From IMG/VR virus record IMGVR_UViG_3300044796_000656: a DNA stretch of 64,000 bases; one strand, written 5' to 3'. Position 1 is the stretch's first letter, and the number at the start of each line of letters is the position of its first letter. The notes under the pieces are model-generated. The model saw nothing but the letters and a program-made list of their open reading frames with translations. It was not told the origin of the DNA and ran no database searches. A program made the position numbers and the translations under genes. The stretch is from a virus (lineage: Duplodnaviria > Heunggongvirae > Uroviricota > Caudoviricetes). This document shows, piece by piece, positions 1-8,884 of this stretch.

Positions 1-192
1 GTGAAAGACAAGTGTGTCAAATGTCACGGCGAAGGCAAAGTCTCGCCGTTGGCTTACCTGCATGTTCCATTCGGAATGTTCGTTCCCGACGCTGAGACCT
101 GTCGCGATTGCAATGGCTCAGGCAGCGAAATCATTCGTCAGAACCTCATCATGTTCGATCAGGTGATCGCACCTAGCCTGCTTTACGTTTAG
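1..192 (+). CDS. Partial ORF running in from upstream of the window; the visible 63-aa C-terminal piece carries a DnaJ-type CxxCxGxG zinc-finger repeat
   Basis: Translation shows CVKCHGEGKV and CRDCNGSGSE, which resemble the CxxCxGxG repeats of DnaJ zinc fingers. There is no start codon; the ORF enters from upstream. Confidence 0.3.
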   Translation: MKDKCVKCHGEGKVSPLAYLHVPFGMFVPDAETCRDCNGSGSEIIRQNLIMFDQVIAPSLLYV

Positions 193-202
193 GAGGAGCG
201 CC

Positions 203-619
203 ATGTCACGTCGCAAACTCGTAACTAAAGAACCTGAACTGCCGCTCGCTCTGGTAAATCGCAACAGCCGACTCGCCGATGCTATCGACGAAGTTTCGGC
301 TGCGCATTGCGCCGGGCTTAAACTGCCCGTGCTGCTCGATCATACCCGCAGCGAGATCAAGGCCATGTGCGCGCTGTATCAGCCTGCGCCGGCCGACGAT
401 TTAACGATCTTCCCGGATGGCAAGGACATTATGTGCGTCAGCGGTTGCGCTGGGCACGCCATGCTTCGCGGCAAGATCTGCTCGAAGATCTGCCTCGCGG
501 GGAACCCCGAGACAGATAAGAGCGAACTGAAAGGCTTGATCGTACGCCACGGCATTGATGCCGTGCAGGCGGCGCTCGAAGCCCAGTTCGCTGAAACCTC
601 TACGCAACCCGCTGTGTAG
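203..619 (+). CDS. hypothetical protein
   Basis: 138-aa ORF with ATG start and GGAGGAG RBS at 190-196. No recognisable motifs. Confidence 0.5.
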   Translation: MSRRKLVTKEPELPLALVNRNSRLADAIDEVSAAHCAGLKLPVLLDHTRSEIKAMCALYQPAPADDLTIFPDGKDIMCVSGCAGHAMLRGKICSKICLAGNPETDKSELKGLIVRHGIDAVQAALEAQFAETSTQPAV

Positions 620-724
620 TTCACTCCGGCACCGCGGCGGATTATCCGCGGTACTACCAGCATTACAAATAGCCAGCCCTGCACTGGGCAATTCAGTCAA
701 TCGGTACTTCGAAGGAGATCCATC

Positions 725-1174
725 ATGACAAACCGCAAACGCGTAGTTCAACCCGTGAATCCGTTCGCCAACGCCGAAGGCAACATCCCGTTGTCGTTCC
801 CGCACCGCGGAGAGCAGGCTTACACATTCGGGTCCCTGGTGAAGACAGACCTGACCAACACCCGCAACGGCCTGCCGATGGTGAAGTTTAACATCGTGAA
901 TCCGGTGAACGGTAAGACGATCGGCGTTCTGGCGCAGTGCCAGATCCGCACGGACGTCCTGAAGGCGTATGAATCGCTCGAAGAAGGCGGCAAGCCCACG
1001 ATCAAATTCGTGAAGGGCAACCGCGCCCGCGCCGACTTCAAGACCGGCATGACAACCATCGTGGCCGAGAATCTTGTCGTCGAGTATCCGAAGGCCGAGA
1101 CGGCCGAGGTGGTACCGATCAACATCGCGGTGGCGTTCGGCGCTCCGGTTCAGGAGTCGTTGCAGGTCATGTAA
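725..1174 (+). CDS. hypothetical protein
   Basis: 149-aa ORF with GAAGGAG RBS upstream. No recognisable motifs. Confidence 0.55.
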   Translation: MTNRKRVVQPVNPFANAEGNIPLSFPHRGEQAYTFGSLVKTDLTNTRNGLPMVKFNIVNPVNGKTIGVLAQCQIRTDVLKAYESLEEGGKPTIKFVKGNRARADFKTGMTTIVAENLVVEYPKAETAEVVPINIAVAFGAPVQESLQVM

Positions 1175-1295
1175 CAGATCTTTCGGCGGCCTCAGGTTCG
1201 TTAGACCAATGGGGTCGTCGATTTCCCCCCCGAGCGAGCGTGAAACGGGCCTTTTGGACCTAATCATGGAGAGTTCCGCGACACGTTAATTATTT

Positions 1296-1330
1296 AATTA
1301 ACAGGGGCAGATCCCGTAGTATAGCGAATT
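1296..1330 (+). promoter_or_regulatory. AT-rich palindrome TTAATTATTTAATTAA with a sigma70-like -35/-10 pair (TTAATT, 17 bp spacer, TAGTAT)
   Basis: Conspicuous AT island in GC-rich DNA, lying in the 190-nt gap after the 725..1174 gene. Confidence 0.25.
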
Positions 1331-1366
1331 TGGTCAAACGATGGGAATTCAGGAATCTAAGGAGGC

Positions 1367-1507
1367 ATGAATGAGGCGGTATTAAACCCGACTTGTACCT
1401 TTGAGATCTTTGGCGGGACGGTCTTGGTCCCGTATAAAGAGAACGACATTGGGGTGAGACTTTACTTGTTTCAACCGAGTGCGAGCTGCGCGGGAGGTGA
1501 AGTATGA
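1367..1507 (+). CDS. small hypothetical protein (46 aa)
   Basis: ATG immediately after AAGGAGG, so the spacing is very short. Stop overlaps the next start (ATGA). Confidence 0.3.
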   Translation: MNEAVLNPTCTFEIFGGTVLVPYKENDIGVRLYLFQPSASCAGGEV

Positions 1508-1803
1508 AACCTGTCCCGGTAACGCCGGGATCTAATGGACTTCCCAAAATTAGGACGGCGGCTGGTCTAGTTCCATTGACCGGCCGCCTAATCCCCCCAG
1601 GAGAGGTGAGGCCCTTGTCTCGCAGTAAGTTCGTACCAACCGGGAATGATATTGTCCGTATCCGTCTGGAGCCAAGACGGTTCAACAAAACAACGCTACA
1701 TCGCCGGCCTGCGAGCCGGCGTGAGATAGCTGGAATGAACCATAGGAATGCGTGCGAACAAGTCCAGTCTCATGAACAGTCTTTGGCACCCGTAACGACG
1801 TAA
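1504..1803 (+). CDS. hypothetical basic Pro/Arg-rich protein
   Basis: GGGAGGTGA RBS 5 nt upstream of ATG. Composition is unusual (R/P rich), so coding status is uncertain. Confidence 0.4.
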   Translation: MKPVPVTPGSNGLPKIRTAAGLVPLTGRLIPPGEVRPLSRSKFVPTGNDIVRIRLEPRRFNKTTLHRRPASRREIAGMNHRNACEQVQSHEQSLAPVTT

Positions 1804-1817
1804 CGGAAACTGTTGTC

Positions 1818-2051
1818 ATGTTGAAAGACGCACTATTACAAGCGGGTGAGAATCTCAGCAAGGCGGAGGCTCTCATTCAAAGCGCCCAGCAAGTAATTAC
1901 AGCAGGGGGTGATGCGCCTATTTCGCGCGCCACCCTCGCTGGGATACTGCTTGGCTTAGACTCTCACATCTCTATCGTTCGTGAAGCAGCCATTCAATTG
2001 GCAAGCGATACAACTGTGCTGCCGGACGCAGCCTTCGAGGCACAACCATGA
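1818..2051 (+). CDS. hypothetical protein
   Basis: 77-aa ORF tightly packed with neighbours. Confidence 0.5.
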   Translation: MLKDALLQAGENLSKAEALIQSAQQVITAGGDAPISRATLAGILLGLDSHISIVREAAIQLASDTTVLPDAAFEAQP

Positions 2052-2878
2052 TCCGTAAGAGCAAGAAGCGGCTCTCCGATGAAAACGGCAAGCCACTGAA
2101 ACCATTAACGTTGTTCAAATTCTTTGCCACGGTGAAAGAAGCCGATGGCAAGGTCGCGGCCACGGGCACCACGGCCGACGCGCAACTGCTGAAAGACATT
2201 CCGCTCGACGGATACTTCCTTGGCACGCAAGGCGAAGCCAATCGAGTTGCCGACAAACATGTCGAGACGTTGTCGCCGATGTACCCGGCCAAGACGATCA
2301 CCGTTAAGGCGGAAGCCATGGAAATGGTTGGTCCGGTAATCCGACAACAGATCCAGGGTCTCATCGTCGAGAACAAGATGCAGAACCTGGTCACGTTTGC
2401 TCTGGCCGAGGACCTGGCCAAGTACAAGGCCAAGGAAAAGCTGGAACTCAATCCCGATCTTCAGGGCCTGACACACCAGCTCGTTATCGAAGCTCGCCAG
2501 TTGGTCTCGACCAAACTTCGGGAAGCAGCGATCAAGGCAGAACAGGCTGGAGCAGGTGGACTTGTCGGAACCGACGGCCAACCCTTACGCGCTGAAGGAA
2601 CACCGTCCCCGGAACCCTGCGAAAGCAAGAAAGCCGGAACCTGCACAGACCTGCAATGCCTCGGTGATTGCGGCTGCGCGACAGTTGAGAAACCAGTCGA
2701 GGAATATCAGGCTGGAGCCGGAGAAGTTCCCGAGCATCCCGGCACCATAGGCGTTGAACCGGAACCGGTCACGTCCGAGGCACCGATCGAGAACCTGAGC
2801 GACGAGACGATCGCCAAGACGTTCGATCCGATGAACGTGCAAGCGGTGAGTCATCTCGGCGCCATCGCCGAGCTGTAA
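2048..2878 (+). CDS. hypothetical protein with Cys-rich acidic C-terminal region
   Basis: 276-aa ORF. Start overlaps the previous stop (ATGA). Followed by a terminator. Confidence 0.6.
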   Translation: MIRKSKKRLSDENGKPLKPLTLFKFFATVKEADGKVAATGTTADAQLLKDIPLDGYFLGTQGEANRVADKHVETLSPMYPAKTITVKAEAMEMVGPVIRQQIQGLIVENKMQNLVTFALAEDLAKYKAKEKLELNPDLQGLTHQLVIEARQLVSTKLREAAIKAEQAGAGGLVGTDGQPLRAEGTPSPEPCESKKAGTCTDLQCLGDCGCATVEKPVEEYQAGAGEVPEHPGTIGVEPEPVTSEAPIENLSDETIAKTFDPMNVQAVSHLGAIAEL

Positions 2879-2897
2879 TCCATAAAGAGATAAGCCA

Positions 2898-2920
2898 AGC
2901 CCCGGTTCGCCGGGGCTTTT
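2898..2920 (+). terminator. rho-independent terminator
   Basis: AGCCCCGG-TTCG-CCGGGGCT stem-loop followed by TTTT. Confidence 0.7.
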
Positions 2921-2939
2921 GACTTGAAACGGAGGCTCA

Positions 2940-3404
2940 GTGGCAACGAACGCAGTTGTATTAAACGAACCTCAAGAGGTCGCCATCAAGAAGACCTCGT
3001 TCTGGAGCCGCATGCCTCTAGTGGGTGCGCTCAACCGCAGTATGAACCGCCGCGACTTCGAATCGCAGGTATCGAAGATCGTCAATTCGGCACTGGGCCA
3101 TGAATCCGAAGGCCTGGTTGCTGGAAGCGACGAGTACAAGCGCCTGTGGAATATAGCGGATAAGCTCCTGGTCACGTATTGCAAAGACTGGGAGGTTGAT
3201 CGAGCTGACCTGGAAGCGCAGATACCCGCCATTCGTAAGATGAAGTTGCTCGCCAATCCATTACAGTCCGACGGCAAGCCTAAGGTTACAGTTGGCAAAG
3301 CGATCGCTGCACTCATCGGCGTCTGCTTCGGATTACTGGTTCTCGGCGCCGCCGCCGGTATGTTCAACGTCGGCTATCAATTAGCCCATCATCTTGTGAA
3401 GTGA
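2940..3404 (+). CDS. hypothetical protein with C-terminal transmembrane helix
   Basis: GTG start 4 nt after GGAGG. C-terminal hydrophobic stretch IGVCFGLLVLGAAAGMF. Confidence 0.55.
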   Translation: MATNAVVLNEPQEVAIKKTSFWSRMPLVGALNRSMNRRDFESQVSKIVNSALGHESEGLVAGSDEYKRLWNIADKLLVTYCKDWEVDRADLEAQIPAIRKMKLLANPLQSDGKPKVTVGKAIAALIGVCFGLLVLGAAAGMFNVGYQLAHHLVK

Positions 3405-3411
3405 GGAAACA

Positions 3412-3720
3412 ATGCCCCGGCTATTCAAAAACTCTTGCGCGAACCTGCTCGCGTACGCCTGCGTGCCTGTCGCGCTCTGGCTATTGCTTACGCGCTGCTG
3501 GCACACCAACACAGGCAGTCCTATCACCGTGACCGAGACGGCAGTCGATGTCAAGTCACCTCTCAAGGTCTGCAAGATCGTCTGTCTCGATTGCGGCGCC
3601 AGTGCCGATTACGATCCTTTGGAGTTCAGAGTAACGACACCTTGGGAAAAGGTCCGGCCCGTGGCCAAGAAAGAGATCAAGCCCCATGTTTATTCCAACG
3701 CTCGTTGCAACGCTAATTAA
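3412..3720 (+). CDS. small hypothetical protein with N-terminal hydrophobic segment
   Basis: 102-aa ORF with hydrophobic N-terminal segment. Confidence 0.45.
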   Translation: MPRLFKNSCANLLAYACVPVALWLLLTRCWHTNTGSPITVTETAVDVKSPLKVCKIVCLDCGASADYDPLEFRVTTPWEKVRPVAKKEIKPHVYSNARCNAN

Positions 3721-4021
3721 CGCGACGGAAGTCGGCGGGTTCATCGGCTTTCTGAAGTGGAAGAAGTATCAGCAAGTCAAAGACGATCTCTATTCCAGGC
3801 ACAAGCGACCGCGCGAGATCAAGATCGTAGATACCCAGGTCCGCCGGCTGATTGGCAGTCCCACGAAGTTTCAGAAGATGGCAGCCATGCGCGCCGCTGC
3901 GCTGGCTCGTCTGGCCGTGAACACCAAGGCTTTCGAGTTGCTGCTGCAAGGTCTGCTCAATCCCAAATCTCGGCTTCGCCGGGACAAGAATCGACTCAAG
4001 GAGGTGGAAGTAACTCTATGA
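3686..4021 (+). CDS. hypothetical membrane-anchored protein
   Basis: 111-aa ORF with N-terminal hydrophobic segment. Overlaps neighbours by a few codons. Confidence 0.45.
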   Translation: MFIPTLVATLINATEVGGFIGFLKWKKYQQVKDDLYSRHKRPREIKIVDTQVRRLIGSPTKFQKMAAMRAAALARLAVNTKAFELLLQGLLNPKSRLRRDKNRLKEVEVTL

Positions 4022-4296
4022 AAAAGTACAGCTATCAAGCCCTGCTCGATCACCTGGGCGCAGAGATGTGCTCGGCGATGCGCTGGGTGTCGTACCTGTT
4101 CACTGCCTACATGTGGCTATGTGGGCTGCTCGCGCCGATCGCGGAGTACGCCTACGTTGGCCCATGGAAGTTCTACAAGCTCTGGCAGAGGATGATCTTC
4201 AGCCTCGGCATGTTCACCGGCGGATACGGTTTGTTCCGCATGGGCCAGAGCTTCAAGACCTCGAAGGAGAAGATCTTCACGGTCCACGCCGCGTAA
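4018..4296 (+). CDS. hypothetical membrane protein
   Basis: Internal ATG (MKKYSY) of the listed 3757..4296 frame with stop/start overlap ATGA. Two hydrophobic helices. Confidence 0.5.
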   Translation: MKKYSYQALLDHLGAEMCSAMRWVSYLFTAYMWLCGLLAPIAEYAYVGPWKFYKLWQRMIFSLGMFTGGYGLFRMGQSFKTSKEKIFTVHAA

Positions 4297-4311
4297 ATCA
4301 ATCAACAGGAG

Positions 4312-4731
4312 GTGCCGCATGCACGCCATTGTTATCTGGGGCTGCTTTCTAGCGGCTCTGTTTTATTACGACGGCAGAAAGAAGAAACAGCCATGACCCT
4401 GACTCCGAGCGCGACATCGAGTGCCGCCGCCGGCTTTACGTTTTACGGTATGGTCTGGCTGGCGCTGATGGAGCTGGATGACCTGGCCAAGATACTGCAC
4501 ATCAGTTCCTGGGTTAAATCCCGATCCGTGCTGCGCTGGATCATCGAACACAAGTCCGTGGCTCTGATCTGCACGGAATGCTTTAACTATTCAGTCCACG
4601 GCATCACCCAGAGCATCGCCGTGACATTCGCTCTCGGTGGAACCGCGTGCAATGCGCTGATGATCTGGGCAGTGTTGCCAGTCCTCAACAAGATTCGCGG
4701 CCCCAGGTGGCTTTATGGAGGCCTGAAGTGA
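4312..4731 (+). CDS. hypothetical membrane protein
   Basis: Hydrophobic segments. Alternative start at 4393. Confidence 0.45.
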   Translation: MPHARHCYLGLLSSGSVLLRRQKEETAMTLTPSATSSAAAGFTFYGMVWLALMELDDLAKILHISSWVKSRSVLRWIIEHKSVALICTECFNYSVHGITQSIAVTFALGGTACNALMIWAVLPVLNKIRGPRWLYGGLK

Positions 4732-4901
4732 CAATACTGAAACCCGTTTTAGTATGGATCGCAGTTGTGATCCTCGGCGTAACAGCAATCTGGGAATTCC
4801 TGAAGTCTCTCTCGGAGATGCACGAGACGTATTGCAGGTACAGAGAGATACGCCAGAACCGAACGCACACCGAACCGACTCCATTCCACAACCAGCGGTA
4901 G
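4728..4901 (+). CDS. small membrane protein
   Basis: GTG overlapping the previous stop (GTGA). One TM helix. Followed by a terminator. Confidence 0.35.
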   Translation: MTILKPVLVWIAVVILGVTAIWEFLKSLSEMHETYCRYREIRQNRTHTEPTPFHNQR

Positions 4902-4921
4902 TCGCGCTGATGAAAAGCACA

Positions 4922-4946
4922 AGCCCCGGGATGACCGGGGCTTTTC
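4922..4946 (+). terminator. rho-independent terminator
   Basis: AGCCCCGG-GATGA-CCGGGGCT followed by TTTT. Same stem sequence as the terminator at 2898. Confidence 0.7.
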
Positions 4947-4965
4947 CATTCCAGGAGGCCCTGTT

Positions 4966-5196
4966 ATGAAAACTGCGTACTCGATCGTCGTTGCCATTGC
5001 TGTTTTATTTGCCTGTTTTTTTACCGGCGTCGGAGCGTATCAGTTGTTTGGCAACACGCAGCTTCGCACCAAGCTGGTGAACTTGTTCACCTCGTCCCTG
5101 GGCAGCATCCGGCGTTATACGGTCGATCTGTTCCAGAAGAAACCAGCGACCGCCGCGGCTGAACCCATCGGCGAAGAGATTCCAGTCAGTGCGTAA
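4966..5196 (+). CDS. small membrane protein
   Basis: GGAGG RBS. N-terminal TM helix. Confidence 0.5.
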   Translation: MKTAYSIVVAIAVLFACFFTGVGAYQLFGNTQLRTKLVNLFTSSLGSIRRYTVDLFQKKPATAAAEPIGEEIPVSA

Positions 5197-5198
5197 AC

Positions 5199-5213
5199 GG
5201 TACATCGTACCGC
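5199..5213. promoter_or_regulatory. copy 1 of conserved intergenic motif GGTACATCGTACCGC
   Basis: Inverted repeat GGTAC-ATC-GTACC directly after the stop codon. Two further copies at 17834 and 22064. Followed by two hairpins. Confidence 0.5.
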
Positions 5214-5313
5214 AGCGATCAGGACAATAGCAGGGCAGCGAGTTACGCTGCCTTGGGGATTAACAAATGCGGGATATTTTAGCTCCCGCACATAAGATTG
5301 CGAGGATTCTAAC

Positions 5314-5568
5314 GTGTGTAACTGCCGTTGGTGTAAGTTGTCTCGCCGCGCGCGTCGGACGATGCTGAACGGCAGCCGGCCGCAAATGCGCAGGTTCATC
5401 AATGAACTGATGAACTGTCTCATCAACACATCCGATGACTTGAACTACGACCAAGCCATTCTCGATGGCTCCTGGCCCGGCTCTGTGGAGATCCTGACCA
5501 GGGCGCTCGCAAGAGCCGAAACGAAAGCCAAGGAATTGGAGGCCCGTGAAGCCAAGGAGGGCACATGA
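5314..5568 (+). CDS. hypothetical protein
   Basis: 84-aa ORF. Confidence 0.45.
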   Translation: MCNCRWCKLSRRARRTMLNGSRPQMRRFINELMNCLINTSDDLNYDQAILDGSWPGSVEILTRALARAETKAKELEAREAKEGT

Positions 5569-5987
5569 CATGGTGGAAGACATTCTGGACCGCCTGTGTG
5601 GCGATCCTGGTAGGACTGGCGTTCTGGCGCAATCGCAAGAGTTACAAACGCTCGAACGTCTGGTGCCTCATTAAGTCACTGATCGACGTTGCCCTGGTGC
5701 TAGGCATGGCGTTCCGCCTGCCGATGCTGCTGGGTGCTTACGTGATCATGTGGCTGACCAAACCACTCAACCATCGCCCGGTTCTACGCATAGCATACGG
5801 TGCCCTGATCGGAATCGCGATCGCATTCCTGTCCGGCTTTGCCATTGAGTTCGTGGTATTGGCTGGCATCTTCGCAATTGACATGGTGACTGGCGGGGCG
5901 CTGAGACACTGGCGCTCAATCAGCGCCGAGAAACTGGACTGGCGTGCCGAGATCTTCGGCCCCCGGGCCGCGCGAAAGGCAGCATGA
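5565..5987 (+). CDS. hypothetical membrane protein
   Basis: Several hydrophobic helices. Start overlaps the previous stop. Confidence 0.5.
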   Translation: MTWWKTFWTACVAILVGLAFWRNRKSYKRSNVWCLIKSLIDVALVLGMAFRLPMLLGAYVIMWLTKPLNHRPVLRIAYGALIGIAIAFLSGFAIEFVVLAGIFAIDMVTGGALRHWRSISAEKLDWRAEIFGPRAARKAA

Positions 5988-5988
5988 A

Positions 5989-6483
5989 ATGAACATTCAA
6001 GCCCTAATGAACCTTCCTGGTGAAATCGGCCGGATCAAATGGCTCAGGAGCAACTTTCCCAGCATGACCCAAGGCCAGATCCGGCGACACTTGGAGGACA
6101 TCGCGGATGCCCTGGAGCCGATGCGGTTCATGCATCAAGATCAGATCCGCCTGGAGAAGTTCCACGACACTCTGATAACGGTCATAACAGCCGTGCAGGA
6201 TGTCAACAAGAACTACCGCGGCCGGCCAACGGAGATCAAGCGGGAGTATCTGGAAGGCCGCTATCCCAAGCAAATCGCCAACCTGGCCATGATCCTGATC
6301 GGCCAGGAGATCTGTGAGTTTTACGAGCAGCTCTGGAAATCAACCGATGTGACCAAAGTTGCCCAGGTCGAGTTTAATAACGCTCCGACCGTATTACACA
6401 ATCCAACCACAACGGTAGAAAGCGTCACAGCTTTTCAAGGCGTCTTTCTGGAGCCGCAGGCCGGACTGGAGCACCGAGTATGA
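5989..6483 (+). CDS. hypothetical protein
   Basis: ATG (MNIQALMN) two nt after the upstream stop. 165 aa. Confidence 0.55.
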   Translation: MNIQALMNLPGEIGRIKWLRSNFPSMTQGQIRRHLEDIADALEPMRFMHQDQIRLEKFHDTLITVITAVQDVNKNYRGRPTEIKREYLEGRYPKQIANLAMILIGQEICEFYEQLWKSTDVTKVAQVEFNNAPTVLHNPTTTVESVTAFQGVFLEPQAGLEHRV

Positions 6484-6629
6484 AGCAGCGCCTTCAGCTT
6501 TCAAGCATCCTGAGACCGTTGGAGAATTACGTCTTCGGTTTCATCTCAGCGACCGACCTTAAGGCACTTCCGACTATCGAGCGTTACGCTGAGAATGCTC
6601 GGATGCGGCGCAAGATGTTCGGCAGTTAG
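6480..6629 (+). CDS. small hypothetical protein (49 aa)
   Basis: ATGA overlap with the upstream gene. Not in the ORF track because it is under 60 aa. Confidence 0.3.
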   Translation: MKQRLQLSSILRPLENYVFGFISATDLKALPTIERYAENARMRRKMFGS

Positions 6630-6637
6630 GAGATCCT

Positions 6638-6850
6638 GTGGCATACGAGTACGTAAAAACCTTCTACAACGTCAAGCCGATCATTGGTCAACGAGTGACC
6701 CTGAAAGGTACCACGCGCCAGGGAGTTATTAGTCGCAAGCGACACTATGACATGTACGTTCATGTGAAGTTTGACGGCAGTAAAGTCAGTGTTCCCTGTC
6801 ATCCCCTGGAACTCATTTATGAAGAACAGGTGGAAGGAGTGACGCCATGA
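6638..6850 (+). CDS. hypothetical protein
   Basis: GGAG RBS. 70 aa. Confidence 0.45.
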   Translation: MAYEYVKTFYNVKPIIGQRVTLKGTTRQGVISRKRHYDMYVHVKFDGSKVSVPCHPLELIYEEQVEGVTP

Positions 6851-7005
6851 TGACCTGCAAGTGGTGCGATGGTCCATTAAGAGATCAGGCTGGCACTCAG
6901 TGCGACAACTGCTGGGAAGTTATTTGCCGTGTTCGTTATATGCCTGCTGATCTGATCGAGAAGATACTACGCGGCTTGGGTTTCCAAGCGCGGGTAATGA
7001 AGTGA
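6847..7005 (+). CDS. small Cys-rich protein (CxxC..CxxC)
   Basis: ATGA overlap. Translation reads MMTCKWCDG...CDNCW. Confidence 0.3.
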   Translation: MMTCKWCDGPLRDQAGTQCDNCWEVICRVRYMPADLIEKILRGLGFQARVMK

Positions 7006-7012
7006 GGCATCA

Positions 7013-8626
7013 ATGACTTTCTGGAAGCGAATCACGAAGTTTGCCAACTGTCTGGTTGGCACGGCGGCGCTAGTCGCTCGCGACAACTTCGTTGATGTCG
7101 CGATGGCGCTCACTATGCCGCAGGTCAATAACAAGTTGCAGTTGATGTTCCCACCCCGGCCGCAGAGCGCGTTCTTATCACAGCGCCTCGCGGCCCGGAC
7201 GGTGGACGGAGCCGTACTCGAAGGCCAGGAAGGCTGGCAGAAGCTGGCCATCAGGAAGGGCCTGCCTGATTCTAATACAAAGGAGAAGCGCCTTGGGATT
7301 GAAAACGAACCGCACCGAGTCGATGGCTTCTCGGGCAAGATTGAAGAAGGCTACGGCAAGGGCACGAAGCAGTTGCTCACTGATGAAACAGTCGTGGTCA
7401 AGGTCAACGGACAGACACGCTTTGCTCGTCTCAACTACCATCAACACGATGCAGAACGGGCGGGCCTTCATTACGACCTTGTCGTTGAAGGAGTTCGTCC
7501 AGGAACTCCTAAATGGGAACTGCACGTTCCCCGAGGAGATTACAAAGGACGCTACGCATTCATTCAAACTCCCCGAGGCATGCTGATCAACCTCATGCGG
7601 GATCATGGTGAGCAGTTTGCCAAGCCCGCGATGACGTTGAAAGATGAAGCATTCCTGGATTATGTGCAGGCCAATCGAAGCCTGTACGACATCACCGGCA
7701 AAAAAGATGGTGCGTCTGCTTCAGTAACGATCGCTAATTATCGTGCCCACTTCCGTTCCCATCGGGACGGCGGCCAGACTTACTATGACCGGCTGCCTGA
7801 ACTGGAATTCATCAACAATCGAGCGCCGTTCATGCTGTACCGGAAGTTGTTCCCCGGCCCCGGTCAGAATGGCACGAAGTTGGTTGGCGAACTAGTTCAT
7901 CTCGATGGCGCCGCGCGCCAGGGCGGCATTCTGAATTCGTTGCCCGATAAGGCCGTTAAGATCCAGATCGAGCGCGGCCACAGCGAATTCTACGCCTGGG
8001 ACATCGAACGATTCCGAGGGCGCGACCTGTCTCGTATGTCGTTCGCAAAGCGTGAGCGTTACTTGAACGACGCCATTGCTGAGATCGGGCGTTACAACAG
8101 GCACTATCACAGCGTCGAGCATTGCCCGGACAGTATGACTGCCAGGGAGTTCTACGAGTATATCGTTGCCCAGGATCTGCCACACGGTGAGGGCGTGGTC
8201 ATCAAGCCAAAGAACTCGATAGACCGTTCGTGGATCAAGATCAAACGCAGTGACACGATCGATCTGAAAGTCGTCAAGGTCTTGGAAGGCAAGCCTGGAA
8301 CGAAGTACGAAGGTTCTGCCGGTTCTCTGATCGTTGAAGGACCCACGGGCGAACAGGGCAGAGTTGGCAGCTTCCGAGTTGACGACCAGCAGAGGCAGTG
8401 GATCTTCGATAACCAAGATCTCCTGGAAGGTCAGATTGCTGAGATTGAGGCCTTTGAGATGACCGAGCGCGGTGTACCGCGCGCCGGGCGTTTCGTTAGA
8501 TGGCATCCCTCGAAGTCCGAGGGCGCTCTGCTGATGTACGCCGAGACCTTGAGCGGCGGCGAAAGCCGGGAAGCCATGATGAATACTAAGTACGCGCTAA
8601 TTCAAGCAGTTAGGAGAGCCGCGTAA
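7013..8626 (+). CDS. ATP-dependent ligase (nucleotidyltransferase motifs I, IV, V) with an N-terminal domain resembling the LigD 3'-phosphoesterase module
   Basis: Motifs GKKDG (KxDG), EGVVIK and WIKIK. The N-terminal part (LHYDLVVEG...WELHVPRG) resembles the LigD phosphoesterase HYDxRLE / WAVPKGPS motifs. Confidence 0.7.
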   Translation: MTFWKRITKFANCLVGTAALVARDNFVDVAMALTMPQVNNKLQLMFPPRPQSAFLSQRLAARTVDGAVLEGQEGWQKLAIRKGLPDSNTKEKRLGIENEPHRVDGFSGKIEEGYGKGTKQLLTDETVVVKVNGQTRFARLNYHQHDAERAGLHYDLVVEGVRPGTPKWELHVPRGDYKGRYAFIQTPRGMLINLMRDHGEQFAKPAMTLKDEAFLDYVQANRSLYDITGKKDGASASVTIANYRAHFRSHRDGGQTYYDRLPELEFINNRAPFMLYRKLFPGPGQNGTKLVGELVHLDGAARQGGILNSLPDKAVKIQIERGHSEFYAWDIERFRGRDLSRMSFAKRERYLNDAIAEIGRYNRHYHSVEHCPDSMTAREFYEYIVAQDLPHGEGVVIKPKNSIDRSWIKIKRSDTIDLKVVKVLEGKPGTKYEGSAGSLIVEGPTGEQGRVGSFRVDDQQRQWIFDNQDLLEGQIAEIEAFEMTERGVPRAGRFVRWHPSKSEGALLMYAETLSGGESREAMMNTKYALIQAVRRAA

Positions 8627-8883
8627 TGGGAAACAACGCGACCGTAGTAGTTCGGACAGACTCCCTGAGTTCTGTCCTTGAGGACAGTCTTGGTTTCGCA
8701 CAGCATCTTTGGAACGCCGTTCAATCGGCAGGTTGCAGGCACGCTCCGATGGAAGCCGATGCAACCTGTACTGATTGCGGCGTAAAGGTCGGAGGTTACC
8801 ACCACCCAGGATGCGACCAAGAAGAATGCCCTCAGTGTTCCATGCAATTGCAGTGCGACTGCATTCCAACCGAGGAGAACTAA
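8626..8883 (+). CDS. Cys/His-rich small protein
   Basis: Translation contains CTDCG...HHPGCDQEECPQC. Confidence 0.45.
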   Translation: MGNNATVVVRTDSLSSVLEDSLGFAQHLWNAVQSAGCRHAPMEADATCTDCGVKVGGYHHPGCDQEECPQCSMQLQCDCIPTEEN

Positions 8884-8884
8884 C

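Noticed and set aside
401-1267. Long minus-strand ORFs (this one, and also 17865..18839, 26947..27852, 45931..46530, 54421..55329, 55333..56112, 57001..57675)
   Set aside because: They are antisense to well-supported + strand genes, lack RBS and have Arg-rich composition. These are typical high-GC shadow ORFs.
1290-1810. Possible large structured ncRNA (several GC hairpins, R-rich ORF composition)
   Set aside because: Two consecutive ORFs with Shine-Dalgarno sequences (AAGGAGG, GGGAGGTGA) and ATGA coupling fill the region. I report them as low-confidence CDS instead.
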